A stretch of 64,000 nt of DNA from Chrysomallon squamiferum (GCA_012295275.1 CM022678.1:14818001-14882000); one strand, 5' to 3'. Shown: positions 1 to 17,014, counted from the first letter of the stretch. A program made the numbers and translations. The notes: a model not told the origin generated them from the sequence alone.

Positions 1-196
1 AAATCATTACAAATTAATGAACATAAAACATCTTAATAATGCTTAACTACTTATTGAGAAGGTCAGGATGATACAAAAAGACAAAAACAATCTTCACGGT
101 TTCACACTGTTGTTTTTATCATTGTCACATAGTGAGACTTCAATCAATTACTGTCACAGATTGACTTGTCATTTACTGTCATATTGGTATTTTCAG

Positions 197-1617
197 AGAG
201 ACAGCGCCACCTTCAGAAGATGAAATTTTAGACAAAGAAAAACATGCAAAGCTCATAGGACAGCTGAAGTAAGATTTATATTTAATCTGTTTATGTCTGT
301 GAATCAGACAATAAAATTTAGTGTTCTTATATAATTTCTTATGTTTGTGAAGATCCACAATGATTATTTTGTAGAGGTTATTTACATGCTAAATAAAATA
401 ATTCTGGTTAATATTTGAATAGTTTAGAATGATTTTTCTTGAAGAACAAGTAACAGTAACAGCACAAGTAAATAAATAAAACCTGAAAAATATATAAAGT
501 TATTTAAAATATTAAAAATCTGGACACTGAATTGTTATAGAAGTTATTTGTAAAGTTTATTCTTTGAGAGTGGTGCTTTAACTACATTAAACAAAACAAA
601 CAACATGACAGATTTTTATGCAACAGTCATTCATAAATATCTGATTCATGCAATAACATTTTGTCTTTGTCTCTCTATGTGAACAAATACAGATTGACTG
701 ATAAATAATGTAATAAACCATTCTATTTCAGAGCTGTCTCTCTATGTGAATAAATACAGACTAACTGATAAATAATGTAATAAACCCTTTTATTTCAGAG
801 CTGCAGAATCGAGAAACAGATTACGAATTATGAGACTGAGATATCAAGCAAACAGAGTAAGTAATTATTTAATATACAATTTTAATTTCATTTTAGTTAT
901 CCTTACAATGATGTTCTTTTCATTTAAACTGTTTTTTCCAATGAAACCATCTGTTTAAAAAATAATAAGCTAAAAATGAAAATATATCTCTGTGCTGTAT
1001 TGTTATAATTTCAATTCATAAAGCATAGCTCTAAACGTGAATTCTTTTCAACTGCAAACAGGCTCAGGAGATAACTCATTTGATATCATGTCAGCCGATT
1101 GCTTTGAAAGCTGTTCGACTCCAAGCTTTAGTGCCACCCTACCCAGAACCAATAGACGAGGGAGATAAACTTGAAAAACTTGATGTGAGTATAATAAAAC
1201 AAGAAACAACTCTAAGTAAAAAGTGTTAAAAGTTTTATTATTTTTAAGTAGTATCTAAGAAAAACGGGATGTCTTTCGATAGCATTAATTTCCTGATAAA
1301 CAAACTTCTATCAGGCAGTGCCTGGAGGTAAAGTGAATGACAAAAATACAGGTGATATAAATTCAGTTGAGCACCAATGTAAGTGTTGTAAAGAGTTTGA
1401 CTATCAACATTACTGCTTGTAATAATAAATTCCTAATTAATATTTTTATTCTAATAAAGAAACAACACTGATTCTTAGGTTACATTCTTTGGTCTTCTTT
1501 AATAAATGGCTGTTGAAGTATTATTTATTAATGTAACTTTTAAAACTTTTTCAGAGAGAAAGAGTAGAAAGTCTATTAGAAGATGCCAAGGGTCTCCTAA
1601 CAAACAGAATACAGTGA
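197..1617 (+). CDS. LKAAEAR1: LKAAEAR motif-containing protein 1 (C20orf201 family), copy A; last four coding exons, 5' exons lie before the window
   Basis: GT-AG exons 197-268, 799-856, 1062-1184 and 1555-1617 splice in frame to ETAPPSEDEILDKEKHAKLIGQLKAAESRNRLRIMRLRYQANRAQEITHLISCQPIALKAVRLQALVPPYPEPIDEGDKLEKLDRERVESLLEDAKGLLTNRIQ*. This contains the LKAAE(S)R signature and the RLRY...RAxEI...RL...PP...RVE pattern recalled for human LKAAEAR1. Confidence 0.9.
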
Positions 1618-3891
1618 AGTTTTAAACTATTTTTTTAAAGAAGTGACTGGTTGGCAAGGAACAGTGTCCACGAAACAGGCACAAGCAAAGATTATTATTT
1701 TTTCATGGAACATTTTTAAAAGACCAAAAATTGCATTTAATCATGATTTATTTATTTGAGAAAAATAGTCTGAACATAAGCTAGTTACCATAAACATGAT
1801 TTTTAATATTATTGAATTGCAATGTAGAAAATCTTTTCATCAATTCACATGATAATAATGGCATTTCTTGAGCTGTCTCATGATAAACAAAATTGCGTTT
1901 ATGTAATTATTTTAATTAGTCACTGTTTTAACAAGTTATCATCAATACATTTTAATATATGCAGTTGCAATGAAGAAAATAATTTCCTCAATTTACATAA
2001 TATTAATATTTGCATTTGTTTGTCTGCCTCAGCTGAATTGTTAATTCACATTTCCTTTCCTTTCACCCTTTCCTGAATTATTCATAACCTCCTGGCACAA
2101 TTTTATTATTTTTATTTCAATCATGATTTTTATTTTTGTTGTCACAGGCTGTCTTGTCATTTCAATGTTATTTTGGTATATTTAGAAACAGCACAACCTT
2201 CAAAAGAATAATTTTAAAAAAGTAAAACTATTTTATATTTTAATTTTTTGATTAAAATTGTACATAAAATATGGAAAGCATCAATTTGATCATTTACAGA
2301 AATTAGTAAAAAATGTATTATTTAATGGTAAAAATTTATTTAAAAGAATCTCTGTGAAATTTATAATATAGATATTTATTTTTAATTTGTATGGCTTGTT
2401 TAGATTACTGCAAATAAATTATGCTGTGCAAAAACTGATGTTGTTCTGTTCTGTAATACTAACCATTTTTGTAAGAATGAAATCTTTATGAAAAAACGCT
2501 GATTTAATTTAAATAGTTCTTTAAACAATAGGCAACATTTTATGAACAATATTTTGATTATTGCTAAAGTGATATTTACGAACAATTCAGAATACCCTGA
2601 GACAGAATTGTCTTTACTTTTTATTTTGATTATTATTATTATTATTATTTTGTGAGAACCGCCCCCAAAATCCTTAAGACAAAATTTTAAATAATTACAT
2701 ACATTATTGTCCAATAGATTTCTGATAACACTAATAATCTTTAACTAAACTACTTTCAACAAAATGGGTTATATTTTGTCTTTTATTTTTATTTCCAATA
2801 TACTTTTATTATATTTCTGCCATTTTTAATAAAGATGGATAAACAAGCTATCTCTTTCTATCAATATTTTACTGTGCTAATTCCAGTTATAAAATGGGAA
2901 GTAAGAATTATATTGTATTTTGTGTTTATATTTATGCATTTTATTTTGTCTTTTTATAGATTTGTTCTTAAAGTTATAACTAAAGGATTTTACATTGTTA
3001 AATGTGTTGACTGAATATCTGTTTTATTATAATACTGATAAAAATAACAAACCAAATTCTTCTGTTATTTGGTATTGTGGCAAGTACGGAGCATTCTTTT
3101 TTTTGGGGTGGGGGAGGTAGGTGGAGTTTAGTGAAAGTAGTTTCTTGGTGTTTTTCAATATTCATCACTGTAAGGTTCAACTTGGAATTGAAAGTGGACA
3201 TCAAATGTTTGATTTTTCAAACTCTTTATGATCAGATGCTTTTGTTAGTTACCAGATTTGTGCTTCTGGGACTTGCTATAAATAAAATCTGTATTTGTGA
3301 ATACAGCAGGAGGTGTACTCTAAAAAAACAAAACAAACAAAATTTCATAAAATCTTTTAAATAAAGTTCATGCCTTTCACTGTTGAAATAGAATTTAAAC
3401 AAGATGAAAGTTGAAGTTTGATAAAATTTAAGTGAAATTTAAAATTCAAAGTTACATTCTTTATTTTTATTGTAAAATATAACGTGGATACAGGCAACTA
3501 AATAACTTTGTTTTGCTTTATTAATGTCAAAAAAAAAAAAAAATCAGTACTCATAACAAGCTTTCAGTTAAGGTATTATAATTTTCATATTATTACAGGT
3601 ATTTACAGATATCTACATTTATAATCACACCAATTTAATTTGTACCAAATTTGAAAATTATAAAATAAATTGTTGACTGTATTATTTGATTATAAACATT
3701 TTAACCATAAATAAATAAACAAAACTAGGAATAAATAAATGTATGAAGACAACGTTGATGTACATGTAATGAAAATTGAGAATTAAACTGAATTAATAAA
3801 GGAAATTAAAAAAAAACAAAAAAACATCCGGTTTTTTCGAAGGTTTTACATTTCTAACTATTATGAATATATCCACAATAACAAGGCTTAC

Positions 3892-3925
3892 CTCTGTCTC
3901 AAGGTGACTTCAGGACTTTATTTTC
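3892..3925 (-). other. Putative 34-nt non-coding exon of a divergent transcript
   Basis: Minus strand reads acttttcag|GAAAATAAAGTCCTGAAGTCACCTTGAGACAGAG|gtaagc: strong acceptor and donor, stops in all three frames. Paralogs at about 50121-50154 and (donor lost) about 33750-33790. Confidence 0.35.
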
Positions 3926-4033
3926 CTGAAAAGTAATTTTAATAACATTTTGTGAAATAACTGAAATTCGAAGTTTAAAAACCCGATCAGAGGTTTCCGA
4001 GCGCTCACGGAACCTTCCGATCGAAATCCAAAG

Positions 4034-4058
4034 ATGGCAGCGTCGAATGCCGATCAGG
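4034..4058 (+). CDS. Putative first coding exon of an unidentified + strand gene (MAASNADQ)
   Basis: CpG-rich patch; CAAAGATGGCAGC is a YY1/initiator-like motif overlapping the ATG; donor CAGG|gtaatt. A candidate 19-nt second exon at 4964-4982 has a tgctaac branch point, CAG acceptor and gtaaac donor and continues in frame (DFLTLI). Duplicated at 50263-50287 and 51181-51199. Confidence 0.45.
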
Positions 4059-5409
4059 GTAATTTTGGGGAAATATAATCATATAATCAGTGCCTCGTAT
4101 ACATATCTATTATTGAGTAGAAGTTGCTACAAAGGTCGAACAAATTAATTTTTCACTCTTTTTCGTTAAAACAAAAAGCATGTCACGGTGACTGGTCTGA
4201 GTGGTATCAATACCTAAAATTTGGTAGCAGATTATAATAGCGTCACGTGACAAATATTAATTATCTGAGACGGCTTAAACTACTAAATAACTATTCAGTA
4301 TCCACTTGAAAACAATAACACAAACAAGAATTCAATGGGATAAAATTGTGTTAATATATATATATATATATATATATATTTGACATAAATTTAACCCTCA
4401 CTATAGTTAAATCGTACGATTCGAACGTAACAATTTAAAAGCAAATAGAGTTGATCGATAATATTAAACTAATTAAGCCCAGTTGGTTCCTTTATTTTTC
4501 TAACTAATCTTTTAATTATTAACATACGTTTTCTTAGTTTTTTAAGCGTAAGCACGTACCACAGAATAACAATAAAAAATCCAACAGTAATAGATTTAGC
4601 AATCTTTAATCACTTAACATATGTACATACAAGAAGCATTAAAACATAATTACGATTGCCTGAGTGGTCCTTTGTCTTGTGGAGACGGCCGTCAGACAAC
4701 GTGTCTCAAGCAGGGCACCGATCAAACAGCTCTCGTTCAAAGTGCGTGCCGACTACTTGTATAACCATCGCGCGGGCGTTCAGTAAACACCTCTGCCTTT
4801 CTGAATTTACTTTGCAACTTAATGCCCATTTTGAGTTTGTTAATCCCAGTGTTTCTTAGTTTATGAAATGACGGAACTTCCCCTAATTATGTAATTACAG
4901 TTTCTAAACAGCCCATGTACGACTGCTAACGCTCTGCTATTTAGTCTTTGTGTATTTACCCAGATTTTCTGACATTAATTAGGTAAACATTTAAGAACTG
5001 TAAAATATAAAGTATAAATATGATTATACAAGATAGCTAAACAAATATTCCACAAAAATAATAATATACTTAAGATAAAATGTAGCAGACATTCTGCTTT
5101 AAACAGGCAAATACAAATAAAGGTGTGTGCATATTATATAATTCACTACATAGAAAAAAAAAAAAAAGAGACACTAATGAGTTTCCGTCACATTCTAAAA
5201 CGTACTATTATTTACGCAAACTGTGAGTTTCCTATTTTAATTTTAAGTTTTATGTTAATAATATAATCTACAATAAAAATGTAATCTATATTCTGCACAA
5301 ATAAGTTTGTATAAAATAATTTTATCATTTAATTAACAATAATTTGAAAAAGAATTTTATTTTCTATCAGAATATTTTTTAAAAATACGAAATTTAATAT
5401 ACGCACAAC

Positions 5410-5540
5410 AGTCATGATAGTAGCATAATTTAGCCAATTCTCGGTCGTTTGCAATGTTCCGGGATCAGAACTAAACATATCAGGATAATCCAAAACATTA
5501 TATCTTATTGTACTTTGATAAAATAATAAATTGTTAATTT
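5410..5540 (-). pseudogene. Relic of a PEBP first coding exon (paralog fragment)
   Basis: Shares the acceptor and leader (aaattaacaatttattattttat(c)aaagTACAATAAGATAyAATG) with 9344-9301. It reads MFWIILICLVLIPE versus MLWFMCLLLVAE, then an apparent 8-nt deletion shifts the frame; the shifted frame reads NIANDRELAKLCY versus NITDRCVNKCY. Confidence 0.65.
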
Positions 5541-5716
5541 TTTTTCTACGAACTTTTTAACATTCGCGCATGCACACTTGCACCTAGCCAAGAAATAAGA
5601 TGGGTTTTGATAATGGGTTATGATTTTGGCCACGCTTTTGCAGTTTGTAATTTTTGTATAAACATCAGTAGCGCGCTTTCGATTCGTATACTCATGCTTG
5701 AATCTTGTGTTATCAA

Positions 5717-5768
<52 letters not shown>

Positions 5769-6184
5769 TAATATATAGACAAGAAAAAAAAAAAAAAAGA
5801 TAAAAAAAGCTCCGAAATGTTCTCCATGAGCAAACAAATGAAATTTCAAAAAATGTTCGGCCCCTCACACTTAAAATAAAACAACGTGAGGCTAATCAGA
5901 GCAGGAGTTGTCTTTATTTTATTGATATTTCTCAGAAGGAAAATAGAAAAATGGTTAATCAAAAATTGTCTATGTTTGTTTTAGGATCATCCTTCCATGA
6001 TCGTTTTTCACGTTCCAGCCAGTATCACCGTTTTCATGTCTATGACTAGTTAAATCTTAAGTAAGCTAAACAAAACATATACGAGACACACTAAGGGTGA
6101 ACAACAAAAACATAGAGCTGATTTCAAACGCAAGAGATTTATATTTAGACAAAAATAAACTGTATAGTTTTTAACTATCTCTTT

Positions 6185-9303
<3,119 letters not shown>

Positions 9304-12298
9304 TGTATCTTATTGTACTTTATAAAATAATAAATTGTTAATTTGCTGATGAATATTTAGAAAACAATATTTGTCTTGCTCTATGTTGTATCAATAAGAT
9401 CTGCTAGTTTCTGCTATGTAGGTCATGGTTAGATGACGTCATTTGAAATGTTTCGACAGTAAAAACTATCAAGTACTCTTATGCTTTATTCTTGAAATGA
9501 GATGTTAGAAATAATAAATATAAATGTATAAAATATGTATGTAAAACGAGAAAAAAGCAACAACAAGAACCTAACAAATTTCTCAATGGGTATAAAATTT
9601 AAGTAGCACCGGTATTTTTGACGCCACTTTTTCCTCTCACTACGTGATAATTACAGAATGTCCGGTTTAACGGAAGTAAATGAGCTCATTAATAATATTA
9701 AATATTTTATTTTCATTTATTTATTATTATAAATTTTTTTTTTTACTTTACCGTTTACGTTACTGTTATTTAATGCAATGCCGATCAGGATCATACTGGA
9801 CTGCTGATCATTCTTGTAATGTGACTGAAAACAAGAAACGGGCAACTGGCTCAAAGAAGGTGTATGAAGTTATATAGTTTCCCGAATAAAAGCTGTGTAT
9901 ACAGTCAGCTAAATATTACAATTTCTCTGGAGTCACATATTCAGATGCACATACTGCTTTCAGACTATTAACCTGGTCAGTTTGTCCTAAAATTTACCGA
10001 AACATTACTGTTTAGTATATATAAATTTTCAGATTTTTTCATAACACTAATATTCTATTCTTTCTCTCAAACGTTTCAAAGAATTTAAAAAGGCATCTGT
10101 CAACGATCGACAACTACACTACATCTGAGATGTTATTATAAAAACTGTGTTTACTTGTATTTAATTAATTAAATTATATTACTTGTTTAACTTAAATATA
10201 ATAAGTCTGCACCTACAAAAAGTAGCAGTCAAGTGATCTAATGCACGACATGTCAGCGATAATAGAAAAACAGTGGGAACTGTTTATTTGTATTTAGGGA
10301 CACGACCGCAATCTTCTTTCTTTGGCCGGACAGTTATCCAGCAGATAACAATCAATAAGAAAACTGATACATATATAAATGGTGTCCTCCCATAACGCAG
10401 ACACGTTAAAACAATACGGTTGAGCGCATTACTAATGACTTGCTGTTTACCTTGAATAATTCAGGTATTAATAATAGAATAATCTGACGCGAACTAAATA
10501 CAGAACATAGAACAAAATTACATAAAATTAGCTTTATTTATAGATTTATTTATGGCTTTATTAACTGCATTTACCCGACTATAATTAGGCTCTCGCTGTT
10601 GTTGTATGACATCAGTAGATATAAGAAAACACTGTAACTAGGTGCAATATAAAACAACACTGTGGTAAAGTCAGTGAGCTAACTGATTAACACAGCTGTT
10701 TCAATGTAGAGGTAGCTTGCTGAACAGACTGGAACAGTACCACTAATGTATAAGGGGTGTAAAGGGTACATTATAAAACCCAATAAAGAGTGATCAATTA
10801 TACGCTTTCCGAACAAGACACTCACATTATATCACATATCACTGAGTTGTTTTTACAAAAACTGTATTTATATGTAATAATGTATTTGCTTGTTTGTTTG
10901 TTTATTTGTTTGTTTATTTGTTTGTTATTTGTTTGTTTATTTATTTTTTAGTTTAATTGTTTAACTTGAACATACTAATTTTGCCACTGAGACTGTACAG
11001 GTTTTTAATCAGTGTTTGTTTATGCTTGAGAATTTTATTAGATTTCTTTGTTAACTGAAATATAATAAATCTGTCACTGCAGTAAGTACATGTCACGAGA
11101 TTGGGAAACGACCTCAGTATTCAGTCTTTGATTATGTACAGATAAAAGCAAGCAAATAATAGTACCGATATGGCCGTAACACTCATGCTTCACAAAGGAT
11201 TTTTCTTAATTATATATTTTTGTTTAGCCCCGCTGCTCTCATGACTACAGTTACCACGTATACAATCAATGATCAATAGCCTTTCTAAACAATAGCCTTT
11301 CAGAATATATTACAGTTATTTGAAGAAAAAAATCTGGAAAATCTGTTCTAGTAATTTGGATAGTGTGTTTCTCAAATCAGTTTTGTAACTAACAACCAAA
11401 AAAGAAAAATTAATCTTGTGAAATAGTTTGTGATTTATATGGGTCGCAGTATGGAATTATTACCAATTTCTTCTTCAGTTTCTGTTTCACCAAGAAGTTC
11501 ATACAACAGTTTTAGACAGAAAATAGAGAAGATCAAAGAGAGAGAAAAAAAAAAACCACAAAGGAAAAAGAAAAAAGAGTTAACAAATACAGCAATGAAT
11601 AAACCTGTTAAGAAAACATGGAATATGGAATTATTACTAATTTCTTCGTCAGTTTCAGCTTCGCAAGAAGTTCATAAAAATGCTTAGACAGAAAATAGAG
11701 GAGATCTACCAGGAACTGGAATTTGGATCGATTGGAGGTTCATTGTTTGAAATAAGCACACACCAGGTTGTGTTAAAAAGATATTTTTAATCGTAGAAAA
11801 AACAAATTATATAACAATAAAACAACAAGCATGATGTCATCATAAAAGTGGTCGTATTCACCAGTTGGAAGCCATTAGCAATTGTGAACTTCTTCGCTGG
11901 AAGCGGACTCGTGCATCAAAAATTGAGAAATTTGTCCGTGTTTTCCACTTCCGTTTCTGTGTTTCTCAGTTTAAAGAATAGCGGATCTGCTATTTTTATC
12001 CTCATTGAATTATAATTAAAAAAATTTTCATTTGTTGTTGACCTTTACATTGTGGTTTCAGTTGGTATGTTTGAATTTCAGATGCATTTTCAAAGTACAT
12101 ATATCATAGTATTGTACCTTACTGTGGTTAAAAAACAACTAATATAATACTTCTATTGTTTTAGCACTCGATTTGATGTTTTTTTAATTTTTTAATTTCA
12201 GACAATAGACGTCTTCGCAATTTTCGATACTACCACAATTTGCAGGTATAGTTTTCCGCAGATTTCAAAAGTGATAATAACAAAAAGTAAAACTGTTA

Positions 12299-12351
<53 letters not shown>

Positions 12352-12458
12352 TTAAAAATAAAATTAAAAAATGACTTTAAAGGAATAACTTTTATTACTC
12401 ATGATACGAACATTTTTCTTTCAAATATTTGTCCTTGGAATTATTCGTTTTTATTATA

Positions 12459-12882
12459 ATAACTCGTAATGGCATAAATTATGTCACAGGTAAAAAACAT
12501 TAAGAAATAAAAATCGATTTAAGTCAACCCAAGAAAGGTTCACATTTTATTATTGTTATGTTTATTTTATTATATTATTTTTATTTTTATAATTCTCGAC
12601 AATTTTCACATTTTATTTAGTTTTTAATTTTCGTTATTGCTTTAACATTGTTATATAACAATAATAATAAAACATTTCGAAAGCTAATTTTTTAATGATT
12701 TCGAATTATATAACAGAGGAATATAGCAGAATCTGAATATGGAATTTCAGGAAAATGGTTAAATATATAATTAAGTATGAGAAATAAAAGTGTAAACATT
12801 ATATTGAATTATTATTATTATTTATTTATTTATTTATTTATTTATTATTATATATATATATATATATTTATTTATTTATTAT

Positions 12883-12957
<75 letters not shown>

Positions 12958-13610
12958 TATCCTTATAATAAAAATAAACCATCTTGGATTACACATCATT
13001 GATGTTGAAGTAGTATTAGTAGTACCAGCTAAATGAACAAAATTATCATGTTTCCGCAGGTGTCAAATCACTTACAAACTTCAACCAATCAAAGCGCGCT
13101 ATTTCCGTAAACCGATAATGTTTTATTATCGGCCGCCGTATTGTCCCACCCACAAGCGCTGTTTAGTTCAGTTGTTCAGCAAGCGTTAACACCTCCTTTG
13201 TTAGAAGGCATTCATTGTTCATACGCATGTGTTTAGGGGCGGGGGCAAATCGGACGTACGGTACGAAAGTGGACAGCATTGGAATGGAATGGAAAAAAAA
13301 TGAACGTGCTAATCAGAGCAAGCTGTTGTGAAGCACGTCTGCGACGGGCACGCTTTCTGACAGGTCAGCGGGCGTGTCCGTCGCATATGGACAGCATTTG
13401 AAATTTATCCCATTTATACCTCTCATGGTTGGAACTGGTTGCACTGGTTGGAACATTGCTTACGGCTGTTAGGGACTCTCGCTATCATTATATCTTCTTT
13501 ATATATATGTAAATCGCGAGATTCCGATCTGAAGATTTTCTACATGCACAAAAGCAAGACAACAATATCAATTTATTTTTTTAGGGGAATTTCTTATGAA
13601 GACATAATTG
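12459..13610. repeat. ~1.1 kb direct duplicate of 34433-35500
   Basis: Near-identical sequence from ataactcgtaatggcataaatt to gaatttcttatgaagac at both places. Confidence 0.9.
13080..13400. promoter_or_regulatory. CpG-rich promoter-like island (duplicate at ~34975-35295)
   Basis: AACCAATCA CCAAT box (13083-13091), GGGGCGGGG GC box (~13236-13244), many CpGs in an otherwise very AT-rich background. Confidence 0.4.
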
Positions 13611-14661
13611 AAAATCCGAAAACGAAAAATCCGAAATGCAATAAACCATTTGACTCGTACACGCTATAACGGCTGCCGTATTATATTCAAGTTTAACACG
13701 AAAGAAAATAAAACGGTATAGCTTGAATGACCCTGTCGTATTAAATAAACAATGAGTAAAACCTAAAGTTAAACAATTGTAATAAAACACTCAAATAAAA
13801 TAAAATAAAATAATATAATATAAAATATTCTTCCTATTGCTACTATTACTACTATTTCCTACATTACTACTACCATCATTTGAACTATACTTTACTACCA
13901 TTTCCATTGCTAAGTCCGCTATGACTACTACTAAAAAATGACACTGACCAATATAAGGGAGACAATAAGTGGTAATAAGATATAACATGATATAACAATA
14001 TTTAACTAGTTTGCCTTTTTAGATGATTTTATTATCTATTAAATATTAGTTTCCTTTCATTGGGCAGATGGATTTTTCTAAGTACTTGTGACCTTAATAA
14101 TATAAAGAACAGTAATATATGAAGCTTTATACTTGAGGTAATCGTATTAACGTAATATAGTATAAATAAAATGGAATTAATCGTTTTTATTATATTATAA
14201 TTTTTAACATTTGTTTATTTATTTTATTTTCAAACTTTATATATTTTGTCGCGAAGAAAGTAAGTTTATATTTTAAAAACATAGTAGCAGATATATTAAG
14301 AGAAAATTACATCCTGACATAAAAACATATAAATCAAAATAAATTCGAATTAATACATTTATTTATTTATTTTTGAAACTTTACATATTTTTTGATTCTT
14401 ACTATTTCTACAGTAACAATGATTACCACTACTACTCTTTCTATTACAGTTTCCTACTGCTACTTCTGTGTGTGTAAAACAGATAATAGAGTTTTGACAA
14501 CAGAAAAATAATGAAGTGATGTGTACATCAATTGTTTAAGTAAATAAACAGATTGCTTACATCACAAGAGACCCGTACCATACCCTAGCTCTCTGCCATT
14601 AATTCTTTCACTGTCACATTAATTAATTAATTAATTAATATATTATTATTATTATCATCAT

Positions 14662-14710
<49 letters not shown>

Positions 14711-14824
14711 TGTATTTACTTCGATGTTAATGGTTATAATAGCAAATAACTAATAATGAAAATAGAAAATGACAAGATAGATATTAATTAATTAATATAT
14801 TATTATTATTATTATTATTATTAT

Positions 14825-14856
<32 letters not shown>

Positions 14857-16981
14857 TAGTAGTTGTATTTACTTCGATGTTAATAGTTATAACAGCAAAT
14901 AACTAATAAAGAAAATAGAAAATGACAAGATAGACTTACTTTAAATGAATAACTTTTACTACTCATGACATAAACATTTTTCTTTGTCCTTTAATTTAAA
15001 ATCGAATAATTTGTATTTATTATATTATAATTTTTAAACTTTGTTTATTTACTTTTCAAACTTTATATATTTTTTATTTACATCCTGACAGAAAGTATAT
15101 ATAAAAATGTAAATACATTTTAATTAACACATTTGTTTATTTATTTTTGAAACTAGATTTTTCTAAGTACTAGCGAGCATAATAATATAAAGAACAGTAA
15201 AATATGAAATTTGTAGTTGTTGTAATGGCGATAATATCAGTAATATGCAGCAGAAGTAGTTGTAAAGAACATGTTTATATAATTTTCATAAAGTAATCAA
15301 GAGATAAAAGTACTAATGTGAACTCAAAATGAAAATAGAAGTTAATATGTCATCGAAAACCTAATTATATATAATAGAAATAATAATCAAATACTCAGTG
15401 CATACGTGGATTAACCATTAAGTGAAATAAACAGATTGCTTAGGTACCAAGAGAGTAGGGAATGATGTGTTCCCCCACCCTACCCTAGCTATATGGTATT
15501 AATTCTTTCGCTGTGACATTATTAATTGATTAATTATTTCATTTCATTATTATTATTTTTATATCTATAATGTTTTTCCATGATTTTAATAATAATAACT
15601 AATTCCTAAAGAAAATAGAATATAAAATTAAAAGATTGACTTACCTTAAATGAATCACTTTTCTTTTAACTAAGAAAACATTTATTTTCTAACTATCAGG
15701 TATAAACATTTTCTTTCAAATATTTTGTTTCAAATTAAAATAGAATTATTCCATCTTTTATTGTAGAAAGAACTCCTCACGAGCTTTTTAAACTGACAAA
15801 CATGCTGGCTTTTGCAGTTTCCATTTTTGGAATTTCTACACTTCGTGAAGAAAGTAAATTTATATTTTGAAAAATGCTAACAGATACATTCAGGAAAAAT
15901 TGTATCTGGACGGAAAATATATATAAGTAAAATAAATTCTAATTAGTACCTTTGTTTATTTATTCATTTTTGAAATTTTATAGATCTTTTATTGGCTTAC
16001 TATTTCTAGAACTACTACTATGTCTATTACTTCTTCCTACTCCTATTGCTGCAATCTCTTCAGCTTAGCTATTCTTTCTACTGTTAAGTCGACTCTGACC
16101 ACTACTAGAAAATCACACTAATTTAGGGAGAAAATAAGTAGAAGCTGCTCTTATAGGATATAACACTATTTAACTAGTTGGCCTTTTTATATAATTAAAT
16201 AAGAAAAATAAATAAATGAAATTAAATGAATTTCTTTTCTTACTCTCAGAAAATTTATTTTATAAATATCAGGTTTGAAACTCATGATACGAACATTTTT
16301 CTTTCAAAGATTTGTGTTTTAATTAAAATGGAATTATTCGTTTTCTATTGTAGAAGGCTGCTCTAGTGAGCCTTTCATTCTGATAATGATGCTTGTTGTT
16401 GCAGTTTCTATTTTTGGAATTCTTACAGTTCACGAAGAAAGTAAGTTTACATTTTGAAAACAATCACAGGTATATTAAGGGGAAAATTATATCTAGACGG
16501 AAAATATATATAAATAAAAAATAAATTCTAATAGTACCTTTGTTTATTTATTTATTATTGAAACTTAATACATTTTGTTTATTGGCTTATTATTTTTAGA
16601 ACAACAAAATCTACTACTACTGTATCTACTACTTCAATCTGTTCAATTAAGTTACTTCGTCTTAGCTACTCTTTCTACTGTTAAGTCCACTATGACCACT
16701 ACTAGAAAATGACACTGCCCAATATATGGGAGGACAGAAGTAGTAGCAGCTCTTATAGGATATAACAATAATTAACTGGAAGGCCTTTATAGATGATTTG
16801 ATTGTCTGAGCCACTGAACACTATATTCCTAAGAAACTAAGAAACAAAGTAGCTAAGAAAAATTAATACGTTTGGGTCGGAATATCGAATTATTACCAAC
16901 TTTTTCTTCTGTTTCAGCTTGTCAAAACATGAAGTTCACATTACAGTCTTAGAGAGAAAATGGAGGAGAACTACCAGTAAG

Positions 16982-17014
<33 letters not shown>

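Noticed and set aside
5407-5498. Alternative reading VLDYPD...NWLNYATIMTV resembling PEBP exon 2
   Set aside because: Nucleotide similarity to exon 1 is much clearer; the exon-2 resemblance is probably coincidental.
5560-5700. Segment also found at about 51780-51920 and 59528-59665 with an NRF1-like GCGCATGCGC
   Set aside because: Looks like a small dispersed repeat; no termini or expression evidence to call it a regulatory element.
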